DNA of 64,000 nucleotides from Azolla caroliniana. Taxonomy: Eukaryota > Plantae > Polypodiophyta. The notes beneath the pieces are model-generated. The model saw nothing but the letters and a program-made list of their open reading frames with translations. It ran no database searches and was not told the origin of the DNA. Below, piece by piece: positions 13,360 through 26,154 of this stretch (the stretch's first letter is position 1; every line of letters begins with the position of its first letter). The stretch lies in contig JBHGNT010000001.1 of the NCBI GenBank assembly GCA_043228905.1, positions 11,346,001 to 11,410,000 on the forward strand. The letters run 5' to 3'. The position numbers and the translations under genes were made by a program.

Positions 13360-14298
13360 CAATGTGATTCTCACAGTCGTAGATTGATATACGAAGATGG
13401 CTCATTTCTTGCCATGTACTAAGGAAATATCCAGTGAAGAAACCGTTGAAATTGTCATGCGTGAAGTATGTCGGCATCATGGCCTTCCCGATAGTATCAT
13501 CAGCGACCGTGGACCCCAGTTCGTATCAAAATTCTGGAAGCACCTTATTAAAATGCTCAAAGTCACTTGTAACCTCTCCTCCAACTACCACCCACAAATG
13601 GATGGCCAAGCAGAACCACCAAATCAAACACTGGAGCAGTATCTTCAGTGCTTCCTAAGCTATCATCAGGATGACTGGGTAGATATTCTCCACTTCGCCG
13701 AATTTTCCTACAATAACTTTGTCCACGCATCGACTAAAGTTACACCGTTTTATGCTTATACGGGTTCTCACCCTCAATGGTGTGTATTTGAAACCCCAGA
13801 GATGTCCACAAATCCTTGCGCAGAGGATCGTTTAGAGTGGTTACGCAAGATACAAGCCGATTTATCTACTCATCTCCAACAAGCTCAACAAATAGACAAG
13901 GTTTACGCGGATCGTCATCGACTTCCATCCAGTTTTAACATTGGAGATTGGGTATGGCTACTACAACGACACATCAAGACTACTCGCCCATGCGAGAAGT
14001 TGGATTATTGGCGATTAGGTCCTTTCCATATTATAGGAAAGATTAATGATGTCGCTTTTCGTCTCGATCTACCTCCGCAACTTGGGATACATCCGGTGTT
14101 TCATAGTTCTCTCCTTGAACCCTATCAAGAGAACACCATCCTAGGACGTATTACACAGCCTCCACCCCCGATCGAGCTTGAAGATGGACCTGAGTACGAG
14201 GTTGCCGACTTCCTTAATTCCAAGATTGTTCGCAACAAGCTCTACTATCTAGTCGATTGGCTAGAATATAGTCCCAGCGAGCGTACTTCGGAACCGAT
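13360..14298 (+). pseudogene. pol: C integrase core and chromodomain N-part; the chromodomain continues at 19774-19860
   Basis: IISDRGPQF, LGPFHII, IHPVFHSSLLEPY, PEYEVADFLNSKIVRNKLYYLVDW. Confidence 0.88.
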
Positions 14299-14586
14299 TG
14301 TTAGGAAACAAGTCCCTCCGGATGGGAACTGGATGACGAGTACCCGGCTACGGAGGACCCGGTGAGAACTGGTTGACGAGTACGCGGCAAGAGCTAGATG
14401 GTGAAGGCCAGGTGAGAAGTGCTCACCGGATGAAAGGACATATTCATAAATATCTTTTCTGAGAGTCCATCGGGGCTATATTTGTAAATAGCCGAAAAAT
14501 TATATTAGTATAAATATGACTTAGGGCAAACTTAGAGGTAGTAGTAGTTGTAATTCTTGTTGGCGCAAGATTAGAGTGCAACGGTG

Positions 14587-14642
<56 letters not shown>

Positions 14643-14915
14643 CGAAGAGTTCGTATCTCTGTTGTAACCGCCACCTGTGGCGAAGACAGTGAACAAGAGG
14701 TCGTTGCCTCTGTGTTCATCTATTGTACATTGTTACATAGTGATAGTTAGCAGTCAGTGGACTGCCGTGGTTTTTCCCGTGTTTGGGTTTTCCACGAAAA
14801 CATCCTGTGTACTCTTCTCTCCATTGTGTCGTGCATTCATTCCCGTTTTCTGTGTTTTGATTCTAAGCTTGGTTCTGGCTGAGCGTTGTTCATTGGGAGC
14901 GTGTAGTTCCTGACA
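14299..14915 (+). repeat. 5' LTR of E
   Basis: TGTTAGGAAAC...CCTGACA, followed by the PBS. Confidence 0.92.
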
Positions 14916-14946
14916 AACTGGTATCAGAGCGAAACGACACAGGAAA

Positions 14947-17900
14947 ATGGACGATTTGTTGGGAGGCATGTTCAAGCTCACCGGCTCCTACTATTCGGTG
15001 TGGAAGTCGAAGATGAGGGACATGCTCGTGGTTAAAGATCTTTGGTTGCCGGTCCAGTTTAGGGACAAGAGACCAGACAAAATTGACGCCACGATATGGG
15101 ACGTGATGCACATGAAGACAACGGCGTACATACGGTGCTTCATCGACATGAGTCTCTACAACAACTTCAATGAAGAGAGCAAGGCTCATGAGCTTTGGGA
15201 GAAGATCGGCATTATGTTTCAAAACAAAAATGTTGTTAATCAGGTTTCGGTATCTCGGAAGCTAGTAAGACTCCGGTACCAAGATGGCTCCAGCATGGCG
15301 GAGCACATGAATGCCTTCCTGGGGCTGATCCACCAGGCAACATCATTGGAAGTACCTCTCGCCGATAAGGTACTAGTGCTACTCATGCTCGGTTCCCTCC
15401 CAGATAGCTGGGAGACATTGGTTGTCACTTTGGGCAATGCCGGGCCGGAAGGGAAACGGTTATCCCTAGCAAGAGTGAAGTCGAGCTTGCTAGATGAGGA
15501 GGCGCGTCGGAAAGATAAGGATACGAGCTCTGACTCCAAAGCGCTCCTTACCGAATCAGAACGCGGAAGACAAAGGAACCGTAGCCCCCAGAACCGGGAA
15601 AAGTCGGGGACACGGTCAAAGTCAAGGGGGAGGACTACCTACCTCTATTGCGGCAAGTCAGGACACTTCCAGAAGAACTGTCGGCACTTCCAAAAAGACA
15701 AGGAAACCGACGGTATCGATTCGAAGCGGACACCAGACCGGAACGGTAAAGACCGGAGGGGGCCGGACCGGAAGGGAACAACGGCAATCGCGGCAAGTGA
15801 AGAAGAGTTGATGCTCATCACCGAGGAGAGTGAGCTAAACCTTGCCGGCGACGAGATGACCTGGGTGGTCAACTCTGGAGCGTCGTTCCACCTTACCCCA
15901 GAACGGAAATGCCTCTCATTCTACTCAGCCGGTGATCACGGCTGTGTCCGGATGGGGAATGAAGGTACATGCCGAATTGTCGGCATAGAAGACGTGTGGT
16001 TGACAACACCAACCGGATGCAAGTTGCTGCTGAAGGATGTTTGACACATTCCGGAGGTTCGTCTGAACCTGATATTCCTCGGTTACGGCGACGATGATTT
16101 CGGCTACCGAGTGTGGGACCTGGTCGACAAGAAGGTATTCCGGAGTCGAGATATTATTTTCATGGAGGAGAAGACCCTCGCCGACTGGGAGTCGGAGAAG
16201 AAGATAATGAACTCCGAGTCGACCGGTAAGGATCGATTCTACAATGAGCAGACCCAACCGGCAAGAGACTGGTTAGCACTCGAGGAACTAGCAGGTTACG
16301 GCGAGGATACCGAATCGGCAGAAGAAGAAGTAGAGGAAGCTGAAATCGGAACCGGCCAAGATCCCGAATCGGATTCAGATGAAGAACAAATAGAGGAGCC
16401 GGTTGCCGAAAGCCAAAGACGGAGATATCCTCTCAGAGAGAGAAGAACCCCCCAAAGATTTCTGGATGCAGAGCATGTGCTGCTGATCGATGAGGGAGAA
16501 CCGGAAATCTTCGAAGAAGCGAAGGATGATACCCACAACCGAAAATGGTTAAGTGCCATTCAGGATGAGATGGATTCCCTGCATGAGAAGCATACGTACG
16601 AATTGGTGGAGTTGCCGAAAGGAAAGCGGGCACTCCGAAACAAGTGGGTGTACAAGTTGAAACCGGGAGATGCCATCAACCCCTCGAGATACTAAGCCAG
16701 GATCGTGGTGAAGGGGTTCCAGCAGAAGAAGAGCGTGAACTTCGACAAGATATTTGCCCTGGTAGTAAAGATGACCTCCATCCGGACGGTGCTGAGTATA
16801 GTGGCAAGCATGGACCTTGAGGTAAAGCAGCTAGACGTGAAGACGACATTCCTTCACACTGACCTCAAAGAGGAGATCTGCATGCAGCAACCGGAAGGAT
16901 TCGTGGAGAAAGGGAAGGAGCACCTGGTTTGCCGGTTGAAGAAGAGCCTGTACGGACTGAAGCAGGTTGCTCGACAATGGTACCGGAAGTTCGACTCCTT
17001 CATGGCCGACCAAGGGTACCACAAGACGCATGCGGATCACTGCGTGTTTGTGAAGAAGTTCGAAGGAGGCGACTTCCTGATACTCCTTTTGTATATGGAT
17101 GACATGTTGATTGTCGGACGGGACCAAGCCAGAATACAGATGCTGAAGAAGGCTCTCAATCGAACTTTTGCGATGAAAGACTTGGGTCCGGCAAGACAGA
17201 TGTTGGGGATGCATATCAACCGGAACCGGCCAACAAAGCAAATGTGGCTTTCACAGGAAAAATACGTGACAAAGATGCTTCAGCGGTTCAACATGTTAGA
17301 AGCAAGACCGATCAGATCGACACTCCTGGAAAATTGTAGATTATCCGGTAAGCAAAGCTCGATGACGAAAGCAGAGAACGCTGATATGATGAAGGTTTCA
17401 TATGCCTCTGCCATCGGGAGCTTAATGTACGCAATGGTATGTACCCGACCGGATATAGGATACACAATCGGAGTGGTGAGCCGGTTTATGAGCAATCTCG
17501 GCAAGGAGCACTGGAACGCGGTCAAATGGATACTCCGGTACTTGAAGGGCACTTCAAATATGTGTCTCCGATTCGGCTCCAGAAAACCTCAACTTGACGG
17601 TTTTACCAATTCGGACATGTCGGCTGATGTGGATACCAGCCGGTGTCGAGAAGATCCGTCACTACGCACGGATCGTGAGGCGGAACCGCCGGGGTTTTGG
17701 ACCAGAAGGATTTAGAGTCGATACAAGCTTTGGCGAGAAAGTACTTAAGATAGATTGGGAAAGAGAGAAGTTGAGATTACACAATCAATTTGATAACGAA
17801 TTTCTTCCTCTTAATTTTCATAAAAAAAAATCGTGTTTTTTCTCCTCCCCCTTCCCTCTTTTATAGATGCTCTCATGCATATGATGCATGTGAGGGTACA

Positions 17901-19125
17901 AGACATGCATAAATTGCATGTTTGCCATTTGGCGCTTATGTATTACATGTGGTGCATGATAACCATGTCACTCATTTTAGTTCTCATGTATGAGAATTTA
18001 CATGTAAAAGTACAATGATAGAAATATAATTTCAACTAAATAGCATGGCTTAATTGTAAGCTATTTGACTCCTAACTTGGAGGTGCAAGGTTCGAATCCT
18101 TGCTTGCCCTCCTTGTATATGTAAATATGTATATATATTTATATATTTATTTATCTAGTCGCCGGACGCCGGTTCATCGGATGCCGTCGCCGGATACCGG
18201 TGCCGCCGCTGGATGTCGTCGGTTACCGGTGCCTCGCCGGATGTCGTCGCCGGATACCAATGCTGGATGCCATCGGATGCCGCCGAATCATCGGCTCCAT
18301 TGCCGGTCCGGTTTTGGTTGGCCAAAACCCTTTACGAGTAGCTAGCCCACCTCCACTCTTAGTTCAAGTTACCTTGAACTCTCTATGCTCCACACATAGA
18401 CACAAAGATAATATCTTTTGCTCCACCTTATATATGATGAGAGTTGTATTTGTCGTGCCTATGTGGGATATCTCACAATTTTCTCCTTTCCTTTTACAAA
18501 CTTTATACCCTCATATCTTGACATTTAGTTGTCCGTTTCTCGTGTAATAAAGTGAATTCGAAACCTCCATCATTTTGTACTTAGATATTAAATCTATTTA
18601 AAATGTTATCTTCACAATTATTGTACTACGTGATTCATACTCGATTTCGTACGTTTTATAGGATTTTCACACTATTGCCGAAAATCTTCACGACACCGGT
18701 CTACATCCGGGTATGTAATGACATATGCAGGGGGAGCTGTTTCGTGGCAGTCGAGGCTACAGAAGACGGTTGCGTTGTCAAACACGGTGGCGGAGTACAT
18801 GGTGGCTGTGGAAGCCGGCAAGGAAATATTATGGATGAAGGACATCATCGGAGAGCTCGGTATCCGGCAAGATGAATACCGGCTCTATTGCGACAGTGAA
18901 ACTACCATCCACCTTGCTAAGAATGCGGCCTACCATTCCCGGACAAAGCATATCCAACGAAGGTATCACTGGATCCGGGAAAGAGTAGATGACCAGGAGT
19001 TCGCGCTGACGAAGATCCACATGGCCGAGAACGGGTCAGATATGCTGACCAAAGTACTGATACCCGACAAGCTGGATGCATGCCGGAAGTGGATCAGACT
19101 AGTAAGACATCCCATGCCAGAATGA
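14947..19125 (+). pseudogene. pol: E gag-pol (decayed; interrupted by F)
   Basis: Gag 14947-16044 with zinc knuckle CGKSGHFQKNC and protease VVNSGASFH; RT LDVKTTFL and LYMDD; RNase H KHIQRRYHW. Confidence 0.9.
17644..18695 (-). mobile_element. Element F: solo LTR related to the A/G Gypsy group
   Basis: Termini TGTCGAGAAGAT...ATCTTCACGACA; 4-bp TSD CCGG (17640-17643/18696-18699; empty site ACCAGCCGGTCTAC is seen in M at ~59317); minus-strand start matches the G LTR start TGTCGTGAA..TTTTCGGCAA. Confidence 0.88.
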
Positions 19126-19135
19126 AGGGGGAGTT

Positions 19136-19446
19136 TGTAAGGAAACAGGTCCCTCCGGATGGGAAGTGATCAGAACAGTACTGATGAGCAAACTGGATGA
19201 CGAGTACCCGGCTACGGAGGACCCGGTGAGAACCGAATGACGAGTACCAGGCAAGAGCTGGATGGTGAAGGCTCGGTGAGAAGTGCTCACCGGATGAAAG
19301 GACATATTTGTAAATATGTTTTCTGAGACTCCATCGGGGCTATATTTGTAAATAGCCAAAAAGTCATATTGGTATAAATATGACTTAGGGAAAACTTAGA
19401 GGTAGTAGTAGTTGTCATATGGCGCAAGATTAGAGCACAACAATGT

Positions 19447-19495
<49 letters not shown>

Positions 19496-19768
19496 CGAAG
19501 AGTTCGTATCTCTATTGTAACCGCCGTCTGTGGCGAAGACAGTGAACAAGAGGTCGTTGCCTCTGTGTTCATCTATTGTACATTGTTACATAGTGATAGT
19601 TAGCAGTCAGTGGACTGCCGTGGTTTTTCCCGTGTTTGGGTTTTTCATGAAAACATCCTGTCTAGTCTTCTCTCCATTGTGTCGTGCATTCATTCCCGTT
19701 TTCTGTGTTTTGATTCTAAGCTTGGTTGTGGCCGAGCATTGTTCATCGGGAGCGTGTAGTTCCTGACA
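19136..19768 (+). repeat. 3' LTR of E
   Basis: Follows PPT GAAGGGGGAG; similar to 14299-14915. Confidence 0.92.
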
Positions 19769-20292
19769 CCGATAGAGAATGTGATCAATGCTCGTGCTCT
19801 TCTTGAAGACTTCCATCGTCAATATCCAGACAAACAAGGTCCTCAATTCAAAACGACTCGTGACACTCGTCGTTTTAAAGGGGAGATAGTGTCATGATAT
19901 GGCAAGACTCGAACCCATGACCTTATGGGTCGAGCTCTTGACCATTAGACCATACATTATAATACGTAAAATATTATTTTCATTTGGGTGAAAGCATGAG
20001 AGTGGAAACAATTAGCTATGTCCTTGACATAGCTAATTAGCTATGCAAAAAGCTACCATTGATAAATAGTCATTTTAGTAAAAAGTCATTGATAAATTAC
20101 ATATGTAAATGAGTGCCATAAATGTGCAACATAAACGTGCAACATAAATTGATATGTGCACCATAAATTATATATCGAATTCCTAGGTCCATTATGCATG
20201 ATCCTTTGCCACATCACGTAGGCCATCTCTAGTTGAGTATTGTGGGTTAGTTGCTACCACTGTTGCTAAACCCTATCGAGTCCACCTGCCAT

Positions 20293-20482
20293 CACTCTAC
20301 ACTCAGGGGCCGCTACTGTGCGTTCCAAGCATCATCAAAGAGCTGTTCAATCTGACAGGGTTCTCTTCTCTGTGCCACTCTACACTCAGGGGCTTCTATT
20401 GTGCGTTCCAAGCATCATCAAAGAGTTGTTCAATCTGACGGGGTTGTCTTCTCTGTGCCACTCTACACTTAGGGGCCGCTAC
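20293..20482 (+). repeat. ~83-bp direct repeat (~2.3 copies) in the Sola2 left arm
   Basis: CACTCTACACTYAGGGG at 20293, 20377 and 20459. Confidence 0.75.
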
Positions 20483-20778
20483 TATCCAGTCCTGGATTGC
20501 TTCCACATTTCGATTTGACGGAGTTCACTCATCCAACGGCAACATTCTACACTCAGTTGTCGCCATTGGTAGGTCCTGGATCGCCTACTCAATTGTTCGA
20601 TCTAACGGAGTGAGCTCCTCTACTGTTTGGTCTTGGATTGCAATAACTTTTTTGTCTATTGATTATCTTGTGTATTGTTGTGTCTAATCTTGTGTATTGT
20701 GGAATATTTTTGTGTATTGTTGTTGCCCATAGCCATCTTAAATACTTGTCTTTTTTTCTGGAAATTTAGGGTTTTAAT

Positions 20779-23700
20779 ATGTCCAGCCAAATGGAAGGGG
20801 AAGAAGGGTGTTTAGAATTACCCCTCAATCATCATAAGGATAGGGATGATGCTATCAGGACACAACAAGCCATACGAAACTATTGGGCAGAAAAAAAAAG
20901 GAAACATCGTCAATTGTTGAAGGATACGAAAGCCACACTCAGTAAAGGTAAGGATAGTTTAGTTGAGAATGTAAGTAATGCGACTACCATCATAGAGAGA
21001 AAGGTTGTAGACTATTTCAATGTTCAAACCAAGCACATCAGCAATGAAGAAAAGAAGGTAGTACTTTATGGAATATGTAATGATCCATCGATAAAGGACT
21101 TAGTTGATTGTGAGGGTCTTAATGCAAACATATCATTTGTTTTAGTAAATAATCTTCGTAATAGTTTCATATCCATGAGCAGGTCAGAAGATGATCTTGT
21201 CTTAAAAAGGTCTAGTCTAATGATGTTACTTAATAGTGATGTTGACGATATAAACATCAGTGAGCTATTTAAGGTAATTGGTGTTAGTAGAAAAACAGTG
21301 TACAATACAATGAACCGTATAATTTCCTCGGGTGAAGGAACTAATCTACTAAAACTAACTACAAGATGTAAGCCAATGACACCCATAACATTTGAAATCA
21401 AGGATGTAATCACAATGTTTTGGACTAATGAGAGTAGGGTTTCACCAATAAAAAGGATTTATGCAGGAAACGTGTTGGAAGAAATTAATACGAGGAGCAT
21501 CCCATTCATCTTCTTGATGTACCTCAGGTATTTACATTTATCTCAACATTTGTTTTGACTCTACACGGAAAGTTAATTAGCTCAATTAGCAGAAAAGCTA
21601 ATTAGCTTATCAGTTACATTTACCTCAGTTAGCTACTAGGATAGCTACTACATAGGTAACTGGCTACTCTCAATAGCTACTACCATGATAGCTAATTCGC
21701 TATTCTCAATAGCTAATTTAGTTACTACCAGAGAATTAGCTACCAAAATAGCTAACTAGCTACCATCATAACTAACTAGCTACCAAGACAGTTAGTTAGC
21801 TACTAGGATAACTAATTTCGTTATTACCAGCTAATTAGCTACTATGAAAGCTAATTAGCTACCATGATAGCTAATTAGCTACTAGGACAGCTAATTAGCC
21901 ACCATGATAGCTAATTAGCCACCATGATAGCTAATTAGCTACCATGATAGCTAATTAGCTACTAGGACAACTAATTAGCTACTAGGATAGCTAATTAGCT
22001 ACCATGACAACTAATTAGCTACTAGAATAGCTAATTAGCTACCATGATAGCTAATTAGCTACTAGGATAGCTAGTTAGCTACCATGATAGCTAATTAGCT
22101 ACTAGGACAGCTAATTAGCCACCATGATAGCTAATTAGCTACTAGGACAGCTAATTAGCTACTAGGATAGCTAATAAGCTACCATGACAGCTAATTAGCT
22201 ACTAGAATAGCTAATTAGCTACCATGATAGCTAATTAGCTACTAGGATAGCTAGTTAGCTACCATGATAGCTAATTAGCTACTAGGATAGCTAATTAGCT
22301 ACCATGATAGGACAACTAATTAGCTACCATGATAGCTAATTAGCTACTAGAATAGCTAATAAGCTACTAGAACAGCTAATTAGCTACTAGAATAGCTAAT
22401 TAGCTACTAGGATAGTTAGCTAGTTACAAGAATAACTAATTCCCCTTTATTACGCACGTCGATTTATTTATTAGGTTCAAACAAATGCATCCAAATATCA
22501 AAGTTCAACTACGAACATTCGAGTCTCTTAAGCCACACTTTGTGAGACGCTTAAAGGATCGATACACATGTTGTTGGTGGTGTCCAAATGAATTGAGTAG
22601 TGAAATATTGATCTCTGTGAAGTTATTTGAATCAGTGAACACCAATTTCGAAGGAAAGGTGTGTAAAAGAAAGGATCTAGTTCGGAAGATGCTTAAACCA
22701 AGGGATTTGGTGTCTCTGTTTGTAGTATCTCTAGGAAAGTTCATTAAACACAACTTCATTTATTCATGGCAGGCCCATCAGTTTAAGACTTGCATATCTG
22801 ATTTCCCAAATGATGTAGTAGTCTCAGTAGTAGATTTCGCAGAGAATTATACTTTCAAGCAGCAGAATGAAATTCAATCTATGCATTGGTGTTTAGTTCA
22901 GGTAACCATTTTTGTGGTCATAACATATTTTCGAGTTTCAGGTGATGTTAAAAAAGTAATTCATTTCTTTATTTCTGATGATAAGAAGCATGATACCTTG
23001 TTCGTCCAACACTATTTTAAGTTACATTGGCAGTGGTTATTAGCTCCATGTTTGGAGCTTACTAAACATTGGGTCTGGTCTGACGGAGTTGCGTCACAAT
23101 TCAAGGCTCGACATCCATTTTATTTTGTGGGGAGGTATCCTGCTATAACAGGTTTGGAGATGAGATGGAATTTTTTTGGGTCTGGCCATGGTAAAGGTGA
23201 ACATGATGGTGCAGGGGTTGTTATAAAGTGGGCACTTACCCATGAACAACTAAAGATAGATGGTGTGCACATGAATTGTTCATCACATGTAGTTGAATTT
23301 TTAAGAACAAATATGTCAACGAGTGCAACAGGTGTTTATTCCTCGCAAGTCCGAGATATCAAACGTGAATTTTGGGAAGTGAAGATAGATGAAGTAAATA
23401 GGGAGAACACCTGGGAGTACCAAGGAATTCCCAAATTGCGATCTTTGCATGTTGTTCGCGGTTATTCCAGGTTGGATGGTCATTGTATTGCGGTTAGAGA
23501 ATTGACTTGTTTTTGCTTCCATTGTGTGCAGGGAAATTGGAGATATTGTCTAAACAAAGCATACATTTAGAATTGGGAGTATCACACTCTGAATGATAAA
23601 GAAGCAGTTGATGGAGAAACAGGGCAGAATGTTGATGTCACATATGAGGGACTTGGAGATACTTTGAGTGATGTCTTGAACGTTGGGGATAACTTCGCTG

Positions 23701-24032
23701 TAAATGCTGAAGAAGGCAATTCAGAGGGTGCTGATTTCTATATATTGAAGTGCACGGTTAGTAAACAGTGTGCAAGGCAGAATATTGTAGATGCATGGGG
23801 AAATTTTGTATCTGCCGGGACATTCTACATCGAAGGCATTTTTTATGAAAAACTAGATGACTATGAATATGTGTACAGGCTGTTAGAAGACAAACCAGCG
23901 GCGTACATGTACTCTCATTTGGTCAGGTGCATCAACGTCCCAATGTTAAAATACAATAACTGCTCAGGTTTATACATTGTTGGTGCTAATGTGTATGAAT
24001 GTATTTACAATAGTATGCCATGGAATTTGTAG
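20779..24032 (+). pseudogene. Sola2 transposase with one intron (~21528-22457), a frameshift and an in-frame stop
   Basis: VVDFAENY, WSDGVASQFK, FFGSGHGKGEHDGAG, CFCFHC; donor CAG|GTATTT at 21528; 23664-24032 is in frame with 22485-23570. Confidence 0.82.
21570..22440. repeat. Intronic 20-bp minisatellite built on the palindrome TAGCTAATTAGCTA
   Basis: Units TAGCTAATTAGCTA followed by CCATGA, CTAGGA or CTAGAA; regular from ~21830 to 22400. Confidence 0.95.
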
Positions 24033-26154
24033 CTACAAGTAGCAATTACCATGTTCTCTTGTAAAACAAACATGTATTTCGCGAAAACAGTTAAATAAAT
24101 TCGTTTGAGAATCAATTTCTTGTATACAGTCTGCTTTTTGTGCTTCTTTCTCAATAAAATCATGTCTTTTTTGTTAAGTTTTAAGTTATAAGTTACAGCG
24201 AAATAGTCATCAATAGCTAATTAGCTATACAAATGCAGCTAATTAGCTGTCAATAGCTAAATAGTCATCAATAGCATGAAATCAACAATCTGCAACATAT
24301 TCCTCAAATTACACAGTAGATAAGTACAGTGGGAACAAGTAATTAAATTCTTCATTGAACAATGTCATCTCTTTACATATTTATAAATTACCATTAGAAA
24401 TGTCTACAAATCTCCTATAAATAGCTAAGCTCTTGCTAGTCAGTGGAACGAGTCTACATATATTATCCGCATATCGAGCTCGGTATGGAGTCCACAACCA
24501 TGCACCTAGTTGGCAGCTCACTGTTTGCACCAGGTACTATTCAGGCATTTCCTCAGGTAGAATGAGACAACATCTCCGAATATTGAAGTAGTGCCGGAAA
24601 TGTTCTGTATCCAAAATCAATGTGTTGTCGGCATTATATTCAGGCCAAGTAGCCCAAAAATCAGAAAGTCTCTTGAATCTTGCAGCTTCCATTTGCTCAC
24701 AATTTTCTCGTGCCCATTGACCTTTAAAACGACTTCGCCATTTTGGGAAGAATCTTGCTAAACACTTCCACACATCTGATTTTTGTTTTTCACTCCAAAT
24801 AAACAAATCAAAGTATTCCACAGCCCACTCTAGAAACTGATTCGCGTCCCTCCTTGGCTGCATATATCTCACACTCATCAAGACTTTATCAAGCTCCAAG
24901 ATCAAGGCTCTTCTTTCGACTTCTAGTGGTTTAGGTTTCCATTCCTGAAACTGAGCCGCTGTTACACCATTTTCTGGTAGGACACGATCAATCTCAATCA
25001 GGTCAGGTTCGGCCGACACAACTGGCGTCCTTTTCCTCTTCAAACCCCTAGTCGACTGTGTTGGGCCTGGCTTCACATTCTGGTGCTCTTGTTTTGTCGA
25101 CTTAGTTATCAATCCTTGGATTACCTCGGTGCATGTAGCTACTGATCTACTCGATATCAGTCCACTGGTATCACATGTTGCATCTACTTGCAACACCAAG
25201 TCATCCGTGCAACATGCTTGATCAACTTGTGTGACCAAATCACTTGTGTCAGTTGCTACATCTACTTTCAAGATGGGGCCCTTTAAACACGCCGCAACAT
25301 CAACAATATCCACACTGCCATTGGCCTTACGAGCAATAGAATCAAACCCTTTAGACTCTGCAAGATCAGAAAACACCAACATATTCACACTTACAAAGTA
25401 ACTAATAGTCTCACAAAACAACATCCTGAACATCAAAGAGTTTCAGTCATAGAACAACACTCTTCAAATTATCTTGGAAAAACATCATAGAGTTCCATTA
25501 CATAATGTGGATCAAGCAACAACCAATCTGAGGTTTTACTTGTCCAACAGGATAGTAAAACTTCATAAAACCCTAGCAAAATCCCTAAGCTAACAATCAT
25601 ATCCAACTAAACAGTATTTCGCTCCACTACGTCTGGGCCCCTTGACCGAGTAACTGGTCTTGTTCCCGATCGTGGCCCCTTCTTCAACCTTTTTCTGGTC
25701 GGTTCCCCATTTAGCCTTGCTTCTTTCACCCAATGCGCAAGTGTGTCCTCCTCCAATAACCTTCCCATCGCCTCAGCAACTAATTGCACATCAGTCGTTT
25801 CTTGAACTAGATTTTCAAGTACAGAGGGATCTGTTTGGACATTTTCAGTAGTTGGGCTTGGTGGGGTGGAATCAAGGTCTTGAGATTCGAAGAAATGTTG
25901 CATCAAGTGTTCATAAACATTGTTGTTGTGAACCTCAGTTTTACATGTTGTTTCCACTATTTCATGGCATTTCACATCGTTGCCTAATTCAGTACATTGT
26001 TCCAAAAGAATAGGTTGGAGTTGATCTAAAGGAGATGTGATAGTAGGACTCTTACTTTCAGCCACGTTGGCAGTAGTATCCTCATCTGTTGCAGCGTCAT
26101 CAGCACCAAACACATCATGTGTCGTCCTTAATCCACAAGATTCTACAATAACAT

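Larger units (their letters stand above)
14299..19768 (+). mobile_element. Element E: Ty1/Copia LTR retrotransposon with an integrase deletion, inserted in the C chromodomain
   Basis: TSD CCGAT (14294-14298/19769-19773); LTRs 14299-14915 and 19136-19768; PBS TGGTATCAGAGC 14919-14930; PPT 19124-19133. Confidence 0.95.

Noticed and set aside
21570-22440. CRISPR-like array (regular repeat with short variable spacers)
   Set aside because: Spacers are only 6 bp and drawn from a few recurring variants; there are no cas genes and the context is a eukaryotic intron. It is a minisatellite.
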